From: an uncultured delta proteobacterium
GTDB taxonomy: Bacteria; Desulfobacterota; RBG-13-43-22
NCBI GenBank assembly: GCA_963790475.1
Contig: CAWBOS010000013.1
Coordinates: 128,001 to 192,000, forward strand
Direction of reading: 5' to 3'
Length of the DNA stretch: 64,000 nt
A program made the translations under genes and the position numbers. The notes beneath the pieces are model-generated. The model did not search any database. It saw only the letters and a list, made by a program, of their open reading frames with translations, and had not been told where the DNA came from. This document shows positions 30,491 through 40,183 of the stretch, piece after piece. Positions within the stretch are counted from its first letter, which is position 1; every line of letters starts with the position of its first letter.

Positions 30491-30855
30491 TAAAATTTCA
30501 ATAAGTTACATTGCCATAAATAGTGAGACAAGAATACCGGGTGGAGATGGATGTGAAAAAAAAATTAAAAGGCATTTTGACCTTCAATTAAGGAGGTCCT
30601 CAAACAATAAACGCCCGACACCACCTGGCCGCCAGCCATTCGTACACTTTGGGCTTCCGACGGTAACCGCAAGAGCAAAACATCCAGATCCCTCCGGAAT
30701 CCTTTTCCGGCCTGACCTCCAGTCACAACATTTAAGACTCAACACCTGGGTCTTTTTGTACCCATTTATATTCGGGCACCCCGATTAACAAAAAAGTCTA
30801 TAAATTTATTGACTTCTTGCCGGTTAAGAGGTACGAAATCCAAAGCAAATTAATT

Positions 30856-30947
30856 AAGTTTTCTTTATTGGCAACCTTCTAATAAAGGAGTTCCGATGGC
30901 AGGATGATAAACCCCATTTCTTAGAAGAGAAGTGGGGTTTTTATTTT
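30856..30947 (+). repeat. Conserved ~90-nt leader/terminator element, copy 1
   Basis: AAGGAG, ATG GCA GGA TGA TAA, then stem AAACCCCATTTCT/AGAAGTGGGGTTT plus T tract; TTGACT-17-TACGAA upstream at 30809. Confidence 0.75.
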
Positions 30948-31058
30948 AGATATAGACCCATTCAGATATTTATAGGCACTGGAGATAATTTGTTCTCAAA
31001 TAATGAAAAAGCGCACTACTTTGATGATAATGGTCTGAAAAAACAAAGAGATAGAGAA

Positions 31059-32210
31059 ATGATCTTTATCAGTTATAGTCATGAAGATGAAGAACATTTA
31101 GAAAGATTACGCATCCACATGAAGCCATTAGAAAAAAGGGGATTGGTGGTTATATGGGATGACTCAAAAATAATAACTGGACAAAAATGGCAAGAAAAAA
31201 TTGAAACTGCGTTATCAAAAGCAAATATTGCAATCTTAATAATATCTGCAGACTTTTTTGCATCAGACTTTATTGCTGAAAAGGAGCTTCCCCCTATTCT
31301 AAAGAAGGCTGAATCAGAAGGAACAATGATAGTGCCTATAATTCTCAAACCATGTCGGTTTTTAAGGGAAGAGCACCTTTCAAAATTTCAAGCCCTAAAC
31401 CATCCTGACGAACCATTGCTATCAATGTCTGACATAGAACAAGAGAAAACATGGGATCGATTATCACAGCTCATTGAGACCGAGTTGAGGCGTCCCGACG
31501 AAGAGGCCATTTTAAATTATACAGAGAAGATCGGTACTAATAATAATGATGAATTGTTATACTTTAGGCGTGGCGTCTGTTATAAAAGGTTAGGAAAATT
31601 TCATGAAGCCATTTCTGATTTTTTAAGAGCAAAGGATATTGAACCGAAAGATCGATTCGTTTATTTTGAACTCGGTGACTGTTATAAAAAATTACATAAG
31701 TATTTAGATTCAATAAAAAATTATTTGAAATGTTTGGAATTTGAGCCTGATCCAAAACCTATTTTAAATAAATTAGGTTTAATTTTAAAGGATCTCGGCG
31801 GAGAACATTTTGATTTTTCTGGTTTAACCGCCTTGGATAAAAAATTGAGGTTACGTTGGGTAAGAAACGCTAATTTGTCACCTAAGAGATTAACTTGGGA
31901 TGAAGCTAACCATTTTTTACAAAATTTGAACATAGAAGGTTATGCCGGATACAATGATTGGAGATTACCTGATATAGGTGAGCTTGTGACATTAATTAGT
32001 TTTGTCAAAAATATTGGGTACGAGAAAAAGTTTGGAAGATTATTTAATAAGATGGGATTTAATAATGTCCAATCTACAATTTTTTGGTCAAACGAAGTCG
32101 TTATGAAAAAACCTAATTGGGTTTACGCTATTAACATGAATTATGGAGGGAAAAGTCGACATAAGAAAATAGCCAAACATTGCATTTGGCCTGTGAGATC
32201 TGAATGTTAA
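31059..32210 (+). CDS. TIR_2 - TPR - DUF1566 (Lcl-like) fusion protein
   Basis: IFISYSH.D...W.D..I..G..W...I, SADFFAS.FI..KEL (TIR); YFRRG.CY..LGKF.EA/YFELG TPRs; LTW.EA..F...LN..GYAGYNDWRLP...EL...FWS...WPVR. Confidence 0.8.
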   Translation: MIFISYSHEDEEHLERLRIHMKPLEKRGLVVIWDDSKIITGQKWQEKIETALSKANIAILIISADFFASDFIAEKELPPILKKAESEGTMIVPIILKPCRFLREEHLSKFQALNHPDEPLLSMSDIEQEKTWDRLSQLIETELRRPDEEAILNYTEKIGTNNNDELLYFRRGVCYKRLGKFHEAISDFLRAKDIEPKDRFVYFELGDCYKKLHKYLDSIKNYLKCLEFEPDPKPILNKLGLILKDLGGEHFDFSGLTALDKKLRLRWVRNANLSPKRLTWDEANHFLQNLNIEGYAGYNDWRLPDIGELVTLISFVKNIGYEKKFGRLFNKMGFNNVQSTIFWSNEVVMKKPNWVYAINMNYGGKSRHKKIAKHCIWPVRSEC

Positions 32211-32440
32211 TGATCTTTCAATAGGGCAGAGGTCCATAAAGTGTTGAGAAAGGGCTTTCTCAATCTGAAGGGGACTTCTTCGGCCAAGATTAAGATAAGT
32301 AAGATAGGATGTTGCATTACAGCGAATCTTACTATCTTACTTGCAACCGTGAAGGGCCTTCCATTGGCTCTGCCCTGTAAATAAATTAAGTTTTTGTGAT
32401 ATGAATAGCAATGAATGACCAATTTGTATATAAATTACCC

Positions 32441-32530
32441 AAGTTTTCTTGTTGGCAACCCTCTCATTAAGGAGTTCCAATGGCAGAATGATAACCCCCA
32501 TTCCTCAAAAGAGAAGTGGGGGTTTTTTTT
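32441..32530 (+). repeat. Conserved leader/terminator element, copy 2
   Basis: AAGGAG, ATG GCA GAA TGA TAA, CCCCCATT...AGTGGGGG plus T8; near-identical to 30856-30947. Confidence 0.75.
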
Positions 32531-32574
32531 CGATCTAAGCGATCACGAAATAAATTATGGAATAGAGAGTTATT

Positions 32575-34827
32575 ATGCCTCGATTGACTGAACAGGAACA
32601 ACAAGAGATTATCCGCTATATTGAGGCCGACAAACCCCTGCCGGACAAGTACCGATTCTTATTGTTTGAAGACAAACGCGAAGTGGAGTTGGTCTGGAAT
32701 GGGAAGACTAATGAGGTCTGCAACATCGTGTTGCCGTTTCAGGTGATCGAGCAGGTGGACGAGCCGCGGGCCGAAAAGCCGGCCGATACGGCGCTACAAA
32801 TGGGCCTCTTCGACTCCCGGGGGCGTCAGCTAAAGGGGTGGACAAACAAGCTCATCTGGGGGGACAACAAGCTTATTCTCTCCTCCCTGAAGAACGGCCC
32901 CTTGCGTGAGGAGATTGAGAAACAGGGCGGCATCAAGGTGATGTCTATTGATCCCCCCTTTGACGTAGGTGCGGATTTCTCCATGGATATTGAGATCGGT
33001 GACGACACCTTCACCAAAAAGCCCAACATTCTTGAAGAGATCGCCTACCGTGACACCTGGGGCAAGGGTGTGGATTCCTTCATCGCTATGATTTATGAGC
33101 GGCTAACACTGATGCGAGATCTCCTGGCTGAAGATGGCAGTATTTATGTCCATTGTGATTGGCATATTGGGCACAGTATTAAACTTGTGTTAGATGAGGT
33201 TTTTGGTGCGATTAATTTCAGAAATCATATTTCCTGGAAAAGGAGCACTCCGAGGGGTAATGCGAAAAATAAATATCCTGAATTAACGGATTTCATTCTT
33301 TTTTATTCAAAGTCTGAGGACACCATTTGGAATGACCAGTATACTGATTATAGGCCAGAATACATTGAAAAATACTATTCATATGTTGATGAGAAGACAG
33401 GAAAGAAGTTTCAACCTACAAGTTTGCTTGGGCATTCCGGCGTTAACCCAATTTATGAGTGGCGAGGCATCAAAAGACCTTGGAGATACCCAATAAACCG
33501 GCTCGAAGAGTTAGATATTCAAGGAAAGATTTATTGGCCTGAAGGAGAAGGTATCCCCAGGTTAAAACGTTTTTTTGATGAACAAAAAGGGGTACCAGTT
33601 CAGTCATTATGGGATGATATTCCACCTGTTAATTCTCAAGCGCTCGAAGATACAAAATACGCGACTCAAAAGCCCGAAGCCCTACTCGAACGCATCATTA
33701 AAGGCTCTTCAAATGAAGGCGATCTCGTTGCTGACCCTTTCGGTGGTTCTGGAACCTTGGCAGCGGTGGCGGAGAAATTAGGCCGCAAGTGGATTGTAGC
33801 CGACCTTGGCAAGTTCGCCATCCACACGACGCGCAAGCGGTTGATCGGCGTCCAGCGGCAACTGAAAGCCGAGGGTAAAGACTACCGCGCTTTTGAAATC
33901 CTAAACCTGGGCAAGTACGAGCGCCAACATTACATCGGTATCAATCCGAACCTACGTCAGGCAGAACAACAAAAACAACTGGAAGAAAAGGAAGCCGCGT
34001 TTCTCGACCTGATTCTACGTGCCTACCGGGCCGAGAAGACCGAGGGTTTTGCCGCGTTCCACGGCAAAAAAGCTGGACGGTTGGTGGCGGTGGGACCGGT
34101 CAATCTGCCGGTAACACGCCTGTTCGTTGAAGAAATCATTTTGGAATGCCGCAAAAAACATATTACAAAAGTGGACCTTCTCGGTTTTGAGTTTGAAATG
34201 GGGCTGTTCCCCAATGTATTGGATGAAGCCAGGGCCAAGGGCATCGACATTTCGCCTAAGTATATCCCCGCTGATGTCTTCGACAAACGGGCTGTGGAAA
34301 AGAATCAGGTGGTCTTCCATGACGTGGCCGCCATTGAAGTCAAGCCGCATGTCAAAAAAAATAATGTGGCGGTGGAGCTGACAGACTTTTCGGTTTTTTA
34401 TTCCCAGGATTCCATCGCCGGCGCCGAGGCCACGCTTAAGGACAAGGCCAGCAAGATCGTGGTGGAGAAGGGCCAGATCATTAAATTGATTAAGGACGCG
34501 AAGGGCCTCGTGAAACGGGAGTATTTGACTAAGAAGTGGACTGATTGGATTGATTACTGGGCGGTGGATTTCAACTTCGAAAACAAGCGAGAGATTATCC
34601 GCGTACAGAACGAGGAAAACGGTGAGTGGGAGGAGCGTTGGACTGGAGACTACATCTTTGAAAACGAGTGGCAGTCCTTCCGTACCAAGAAAGACCGCTC
34701 GCTGGAAATGACCAGCGTCTTTCACGAATGCCCGCCCGGACGGCGCAAGCTGGCGGTGAAGGTGGTGGATATTTTCGGCAACGACACCATGACCATTGTC
34801 GAAATCTCTGTGGGAGGGAAGAAATAA
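32575..34827 (+). CDS. mod: Type III restriction-modification methyltransferase
   Basis: NKLIWGDN, IDPPF, YATQKPE.LLERII, DPFGGSGT (beta-class N6/N4 MTase); TAATG coupling to res. Confidence 0.88.
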   Translation: MPRLTEQEQQEIIRYIEADKPLPDKYRFLLFEDKREVELVWNGKTNEVCNIVLPFQVIEQVDEPRAEKPADTALQMGLFDSRGRQLKGWTNKLIWGDNKLILSSLKNGPLREEIEKQGGIKVMSIDPPFDVGADFSMDIEIGDDTFTKKPNILEEIAYRDTWGKGVDSFIAMIYERLTLMRDLLAEDGSIYVHCDWHIGHSIKLVLDEVFGAINFRNHISWKRSTPRGNAKNKYPELTDFILFYSKSEDTIWNDQYTDYRPEYIEKYYSYVDEKTGKKFQPTSLLGHSGVNPIYEWRGIKRPWRYPINRLEELDIQGKIYWPEGEGIPRLKRFFDEQKGVPVQSLWDDIPPVNSQALEDTKYATQKPEALLERIIKGSSNEGDLVADPFGGSGTLAAVAEKLGRKWIVADLGKFAIHTTRKRLIGVQRQLKAEGKDYRAFEILNLGKYERQHYIGINPNLRQAEQQKQLEEKEAAFLDLILRAYRAEKTEGFAAFHGKKAGRLVAVGPVNLPVTRLFVEEIILECRKKHITKVDLLGFEFEMGLFPNVLDEARAKGIDISPKYIPADVFDKRAVEKNQVVFHDVAAIEVKPHVKKNNVAVELTDFSVFYSQDSIAGAEATLKDKASKIVVEKGQIIKLIKDAKGLVKREYLTKKWTDWIDYWAVDFNFENKREIIRVQNEENGEWEERWTGDYIFENEWQSFRTKKDRSLEMTSVFHECPPGRRKLAVKVVDIFGNDTMTIVEISVGGKK

Positions 34828-37508
34828 TGGCCTTGCATAAAGACTTTCCTGAATCCCCCTACGATATTCTTGACCCGGTCTTGCGTTGGTTTCCGGCCGA
34901 CGAATCGTTGCGCGAGACCACGATGGAAAAACTGATACCCCCGTTGGTGTCGCAACTACGCAATAAGGTGAAGGAATGGCGGGACAGCAGTTATGCCGGG
35001 GCCACGGATACCAGCAAGAGTTTGCTTAAATGGTGGTTTATTACCCCACACCTGCTGCCCAAGGCTGACGGCACCATGACCGAGTTTCAGTATTACTTTG
35101 CCCAGCGCGAGGCGCTGGAGACGATTATCTATCTTTATGATGTGGTTGGCGTCCAAGACAAGTTTGATCTCATGCGCTTTGACAGTTCCGGCGCGGTTTC
35201 GGCCGGAATGTTCGATGAAACCTGGCGACGTTTTGTGGTAAAAATGGCGACCGGCTCCGGCAAGACCAAGGTGTTGAGTCTTGTTCTGGCTTGGAGTTTC
35301 TATCATAAGCTTTATGAACCGGGGTCGGAGTTGGCTCGGAATTTTCTGGTAATCACTCCTAATATTATCGTCCTGGATCGCATCTATAAGGATTTTAAGG
35401 GCCTTGATATCTTTTTTAAAGACCCGGTTATTCCCGACAATGGCGTGGGCGGACGGAACTGGCGCGATGATTTTCAACTGACCCTGCACGTGCAGGACGA
35501 GGTGCGGATTACCCGTCCCACCGGTAATATCTTTTTAACCAACATTCACCGTGTTTATGCCGGGAATGATATTCCCCCTTCTCCTGATGACGAAGACCTC
35601 CGGGATTATTTCCTGGGGAAGCGTCCCAGCGGCGCAACTACCGATTCCAAAGTTGACTTGGGAATGATCGTGCGCGACGTTGATGAGCTGGTGGTCTTGA
35701 ACGACGAGGCCCATCACATCCATGACCCTCGCATGGCTTGGTTCAAATCCATCGAGGACATCCATAATCGATTGAAACAAAAAGGCGCGGCTCTCTCCCT
35801 GCAAGTGGACACTACCGCCACCCCAAAACACAATAACGGGGCAATCTTCGTCCAGACGGTGGCCGATTATCCATTGGTTGAAGCAATCTCGCAAAACGTG
35901 GTTAAACACCCGGTCCTGCCCGATGCCCCCAGCCGTGCCAAATTAGTGGAACGTCAGAGCGCCAAATTCACCGAGAAATACACAGATTACATCCACCTCG
36001 GGGTGATCGAGTGGCGCAAGACGTATACCGAGCATGAAAAACTGGGCAAGAAGGCCATCCTGTTCGTTATGACGGACGATACCCGCAATTGCGACGACGT
36101 GGCTGAATACCTTGAAAATAATTATCCCGATCTGAAAAACGCAGTCTTGGTCATTCATACTAAGACCAATGGTGAGATTTCCGAATCAACCTCGGGCAAG
36201 AGCAAGGAAGAGTTGGACAAACTTCGTGAGCAGGCGAACATTATTGATGAACTGGACAGTCCTTACAAGGCTATCATATCCGTGATGGTGCTCAAAGAGG
36301 GTTGGGACGTGCGCAACGTTACCACCATTGTGGGTTTGCGGGCCTATTCCGCCCAAAGCAATATTTTGCCCGAACAAACCCTTGGTCGCGGATTAAGAAA
36401 AATGTACCCCGGCAGCGTGGAAGAATACGTCAGCGTAGTCGGAACCAATGCCTTTATGGAATTTGTTGAATCGATCCAGGCCGAAGGGGTGGTCCTGGAC
36501 CACAAGCCTATGGGCGAGGGGACAGGCCCCAAAACCCCCCTGGTTGTGGAGGTTGATAGAGACAATATCAAAAAGGACATCGAGGCGCTGGATATCGAAA
36601 TTCCGGTGCTGTCCCCGCGGATCTATCGGGAATATAAGAACCTTAGCAGCCTGGACGTAAGCGCGATTGGGCACCAACGTGTCTTATACCTTCAATTCAG
36701 CGAAGAGGAGCAACGGGAGATCGTCTTTAAGGACATCACCACCGGGGAGGTATCCCACACAACAATTTTGGATACAGGAGGTGTTGCCGATTACCGCAGC
36801 GTTATCGGCTTCTTCGCCCAATCCATTATGAAAGAATTGCGGCTGGTAGGCGGTTATGACGTTCTATATGGAAAGGTCAAGGCGTTTATCCGGGATGATC
36901 TGTTCGACAGGGAAGTGGACCTCGAAAGCCCAAACACCTTGCGAAACCTGTCAGAGCCGGCAGCAACGATGACTCTGATTGGGACCTTTAAAAAAGCGAT
37001 CAATGCTCTCACAGTCCAAGACAAAGGGGACGCTGAAATCCGCGATACTATCAAACTAAGGCAGACGAGGCCCTTTGTGGCGAAGGAGCAAAGCTACCTT
37101 ATCCCGAAAAAAAGCGTTTTTAATCGTATTATCGGCGATAGCCATTTTGAATTGCTATTCGCCCGGTTCTTGGAAGACTGCGAAGATGTGATTTCCTACG
37201 CCAAGAATTATTTGGCTGTTCATTTCAAGCTGGACTACGTTAATGCGGCCGGTGATATTTCCACCTACTATCCGGATTTTTTAGTAAAGCTATCCGATAA
37301 TCGCATGGTCATTGTTGAAACCAAGGGGCAGGAAGAATTAGACGTACCCCAAAAAATGGACCGTTTGCGGCAATGGTGTGAGGATATCAACCGCGTCCAG
37401 TCCGATGTAAGATATGGCTTTGTTTATGTGGACCAGGAAAGCTTTGAGAGATTCAAGCCGGTCTCATTCAGGCAATTGGTTGAAGGCTTCAGGGAATACA
37501 AAAAATAA
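34827..37508 (+). CDS. res: Type III restriction endonuclease/helicase
   Basis: KMATGSGKT, NDEAHH, TATP, LKEGWDV, EQTLGRGLR, C-terminal YYPDF...VETKG nuclease. Confidence 0.88.
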   Translation: MALHKDFPESPYDILDPVLRWFPADESLRETTMEKLIPPLVSQLRNKVKEWRDSSYAGATDTSKSLLKWWFITPHLLPKADGTMTEFQYYFAQREALETIIYLYDVVGVQDKFDLMRFDSSGAVSAGMFDETWRRFVVKMATGSGKTKVLSLVLAWSFYHKLYEPGSELARNFLVITPNIIVLDRIYKDFKGLDIFFKDPVIPDNGVGGRNWRDDFQLTLHVQDEVRITRPTGNIFLTNIHRVYAGNDIPPSPDDEDLRDYFLGKRPSGATTDSKVDLGMIVRDVDELVVLNDEAHHIHDPRMAWFKSIEDIHNRLKQKGAALSLQVDTTATPKHNNGAIFVQTVADYPLVEAISQNVVKHPVLPDAPSRAKLVERQSAKFTEKYTDYIHLGVIEWRKTYTEHEKLGKKAILFVMTDDTRNCDDVAEYLENNYPDLKNAVLVIHTKTNGEISESTSGKSKEELDKLREQANIIDELDSPYKAIISVMVLKEGWDVRNVTTIVGLRAYSAQSNILPEQTLGRGLRKMYPGSVEEYVSVVGTNAFMEFVESIQAEGVVLDHKPMGEGTGPKTPLVVEVDRDNIKKDIEALDIEIPVLSPRIYREYKNLSSLDVSAIGHQRVLYLQFSEEEQREIVFKDITTGEVSHTTILDTGGVADYRSVIGFFAQSIMKELRLVGGYDVLYGKVKAFIRDDLFDREVDLESPNTLRNLSEPAATMTLIGTFKKAINALTVQDKGDAEIRDTIKLRQTRPFVAKEQSYLIPKKSVFNRIIGDSHFELLFARFLEDCEDVISYAKNYLAVHFKLDYVNAAGDISTYYPDFLVKLSDNRMVIVETKGQEELDVPQKMDRLRQWCEDINRVQSDVRYGFVYVDQESFERFKPVSFRQLVEGFREYKK

Positions 37509-37580
37509 ATATAACACGGCGCTTCCCCGGACGACTATTCCGCTGCCGCTCCATAGCAATGGTTTGATGAAGGGGGGAAC

Positions 37581-37850
37581 TTGAAAAGCAAAATCACTGA
37601 GATTCCGATTTCATACCTTACCCGCTCAAAAAACAGACTGGGTAAAGGGGCCGTCCCCTGCGTGGCTACCGGTCGTTGGTTGGAATTCCCACCTGTATCC
37701 TCTGGCCACTTCAAGGAGGGCGAGTTTATCTTATTGAAAGTAATGACAAAAGATAAAAACAATAGAGACAAAATAATTTGTAAACTTGTTATCACCAGGG
37801 AAAACCTGCTGGACGCAATAAATTTTACAGGAAGTCCCTTAAAATATTGA
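37581..37850 (+). CDS. Small hypothetical protein
   Basis: 89-aa ORF, TTG start after a G-rich RBS. Confidence 0.4.
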   Translation: MKSKITEIPISYLTRSKNRLGKGAVPCVATGRWLEFPPVSSGHFKEGEFILLKVMTKDKNNRDKIICKLVITRENLLDAINFTGSPLKY

Positions 37851-37998
37851 TAACTATATCAGGGGGATATGGGATAGCACCAAATGGAGGTTTGAGAACT
37901 TCTTCCTGCTATACGTACCAAAGTGATGATTGACAGATAAGGAGATTTTGATCATCATCTGTCTGATTTTCTTATTGATTTAAGAAAAGGAGACAGAG

Positions 37999-39138
37999 AT
38001 GACGAGCCTATATAGTGATATACAGAAGGCAGATATAACTTCAGATCATTTTAAGAGTCCCACCCCAACCCCACCCCGTTACTATCAGACGCGGTTACGA
38101 TTCACCTCCCATCTTGAAGGAAGTTTAGAAGCGCTCGGAAAGATTTTGAAACGGTTGGCCGGAATGGACCTCCCGGGGAGAGATCAGGTAGCCGCCTATC
38201 TTCGCCACTTAACTCACGGCAATCGCCGACCGAGAACCCTGTACAGTCGGTTTGGCACCCTCGTTCTTTTTCTGGGACTGATACGGGACACCGGCAAAGG
38301 CTTTGAAGCCATTACCCGAAGTGATGTAGAGGCCTTTATCGAGCGAGAGCAGGACCGGGGGATTAAGATAACGACGATCAGGACCAGGCTGGTGAGTGTG
38401 CAGGCCTTTCTCCGCTATCTGGTGGAGGAAGGGATCGTTTCTGGGGATATATTCCGCAGTCGGAGGATACGGTTGCAGTTACCGGAGCGGCTGCCGCGGG
38501 CCATGGATCCTGACGATCTGCAGAAGCTGCTTTCCGTTATTCATGATATCCGTGACCGAGCTTTGATCCTGGTCTTGTTGCGGACTGGCCTGCGGATCGG
38601 CGAGTTGCTTCAGACCAAGATGACCGACGTCCATCTCCAGGAGCGGAAGATAGAGATTTACGAAGGGGAGAAGAACCGCCTGGGGAGGGTGGTCTATCTC
38701 AGCGACGATGCAGTTATAGCCCTGCGGAAGTGGTTGAAGAAGAGGAATCCCGGAGAGGAGTACCTGTTCTATGGGAAGAACGTCGAGACTTTGTGTTACA
38801 GCACCGCCCGGATCATCTTTCTGCGATATATATCCAAAGCGGGATTAGAGGGCAAGGGATATTCCCTGCATACCCTGCGTCACACCTTTGCCACGGAGTT
38901 GCTCAACGCCGGCATGCGTCTGGAGTGCCTCCAGGTATTGCTGGGACACCGGAGCATCGAGGAGACGCGACGTTATGCCCGGTTGACCGATAAGACCCGG
39001 GAGGAGGAGTATTTTAAGGCCATGTCGAAGATCGAGAGGAGGAAGAGTCATGATCGATGCGATCCTGAACTGGCGGCGATTTTTGAAGCGAAGGAACTGT
39101 TCGCCCCATTGCCTGAAGAACTATCTGAACCTCATTAA
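37999..39138 (+). CDS. Tyrosine recombinase A
   Basis: TGLRIGE, GEK, HTLRH, LLGH, TRRY: full catalytic set. Confidence 0.92.
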   Translation: MTSLYSDIQKADITSDHFKSPTPTPPRYYQTRLRFTSHLEGSLEALGKILKRLAGMDLPGRDQVAAYLRHLTHGNRRPRTLYSRFGTLVLFLGLIRDTGKGFEAITRSDVEAFIEREQDRGIKITTIRTRLVSVQAFLRYLVEEGIVSGDIFRSRRIRLQLPERLPRAMDPDDLQKLLSVIHDIRDRALILVLLRTGLRIGELLQTKMTDVHLQERKIEIYEGEKNRLGRVVYLSDDAVIALRKWLKKRNPGEEYLFYGKNVETLCYSTARIIFLRYISKAGLEGKGYSLHTLRHTFATELLNAGMRLECLQVLLGHRSIEETRRYARLTDKTREEEYFKAMSKIERRKSHDRCDPELAAIFEAKELFAPLPEELSEPH

Positions 39139-39937
39139 ACACTTTGTCATCTGGTTGGATGTGCCGGTGGAGGAGGTTACCTCTGCGGTCGTCTCCCGCT
39201 ACATTGAGCATCTGATGAGGAAGAGACTGGCGCCCAAGACAGTCAACTGTCACTTAAACGGCATCCGCCAGTTCTACCATTATCTGCGGGAGGAAGAAGG
39301 TCTGACCATCACCAATCCCATCAGGAAGCATCACTTCCAGAAGATGTCCAGGCCCCTTCCCCGGCACCTGAGAGATGAACAGGTGGAGACCTTCTTCCAG
39401 GCCATCAAGGGGGCCCGCGACCGGGCCATGTTCATGCTTATGCTTAGATGCGGGTTACGGGTGGAAGAAGTCGCCCATCTCACCATAGGCGTCATCGACG
39501 TCAAGCGCAGGACCATCCTGGTGGAAGACGGCAAGGGTGGAAAAGACCGGGTCGTCTATATGAGTCATGATGCCCTTCAGGCCCTGACCGCCTATCTGAG
39601 GGTGAGGCCTCTATCCAGAGCCAGTAGGATCTTTCTGGCGGAAAAGGCTCCCTGTAAGGGACAGCCCATTTCCATTCGTGGCATTCAGAGGCGCATGGAA
39701 TATTATGGCCGCCAAGCGAAGCTCAAGGTGTCCTGTCATCATCTTCGACACACCATGGCCACCCAGCTGCTCAACGCTGATGCCGATCTCTGCACCATCC
39801 AGGATCTCTTGGGTCATAGCAATGTGAAAACCACGCAACGGTACTGCCGGATATCAAACCTGAAAGTGCAGAGAGACTACTTCAAGGCCATGGAGGTGAT
39901 CAGGCTACAAACGGCTGGCAACCCAAATAATCCTTGA
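39050..39937 (+). CDS. Tyrosine recombinase B (XerC/D-like)
   Basis: CGLRVEE, GKGGKDR, HHLRH, LLGH, TQRY; overlaps recombinase A by 89 nt. Confidence 0.92.
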   Translation: MIDAILNWRRFLKRRNCSPHCLKNYLNLIKHFVIWLDVPVEEVTSAVVSRYIEHLMRKRLAPKTVNCHLNGIRQFYHYLREEEGLTITNPIRKHHFQKMSRPLPRHLRDEQVETFFQAIKGARDRAMFMLMLRCGLRVEEVAHLTIGVIDVKRRTILVEDGKGGKDRVVYMSHDALQALTAYLRVRPLSRASRIFLAEKAPCKGQPISIRGIQRRMEYYGRQAKLKVSCHHLRHTMATQLLNADADLCTIQDLLGHSNVKTTQRYCRISNLKVQRDYFKAMEVIRLQTAGNPNNP

Positions 39938-40183
39938 CAAAAGAACTAAACTATGAAATTTTAAACAGTACCTAACCCATTAACTTCAATAAGAAAATCA
40001 GACTTTAGTACGTATAGCTTCCTGTAGTCCGCAGATCTCTATTTTTGAAAAACCGCAAGAGTACGAACGGAAATCGTTAATAAAAATACCTTGTTATTTC
40101 AGGAAATTCAACAGATAATAAAGTATTCCCAACAAGTTTACCTATTTTTTGCTTTCAATCCCTCTCGATAGAATTGGAGAATA

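Larger units (their letters stand above)
37909..40017 (+). mobile_element. 2109-bp element encoding two tyrosine recombinases, with TIRs and a 7-bp flanking direct repeat
   Basis: TIR CTATACGTAC(C/T)AAAGT at 37909-37924 and 40002-40017; 18-bp perfect IR at 37961-37978 and 39986-40003; CTTCCTG at 37902-37908 and 40018-40024. Confidence 0.88.

Noticed and set aside
31800-32210. Diversity-generating retroelement targeting DUF1566
   Set aside because: No reverse transcriptase and no template repeat of the 3' end seen in the window
30856-32530. CRISPR repeats or a known riboswitch for the repeated leader
   Set aside because: Copies are kilobases apart, and I could not match them by eye to c-di-GMP, SAM, fluoride or preQ1 consensus; needs an Rfam scan
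37999-39937. The island's integrase, or chromosomal xerC/xerD
   Set aside because: Enclosed by their own TIRs and 7-bp duplication, far from the att sites
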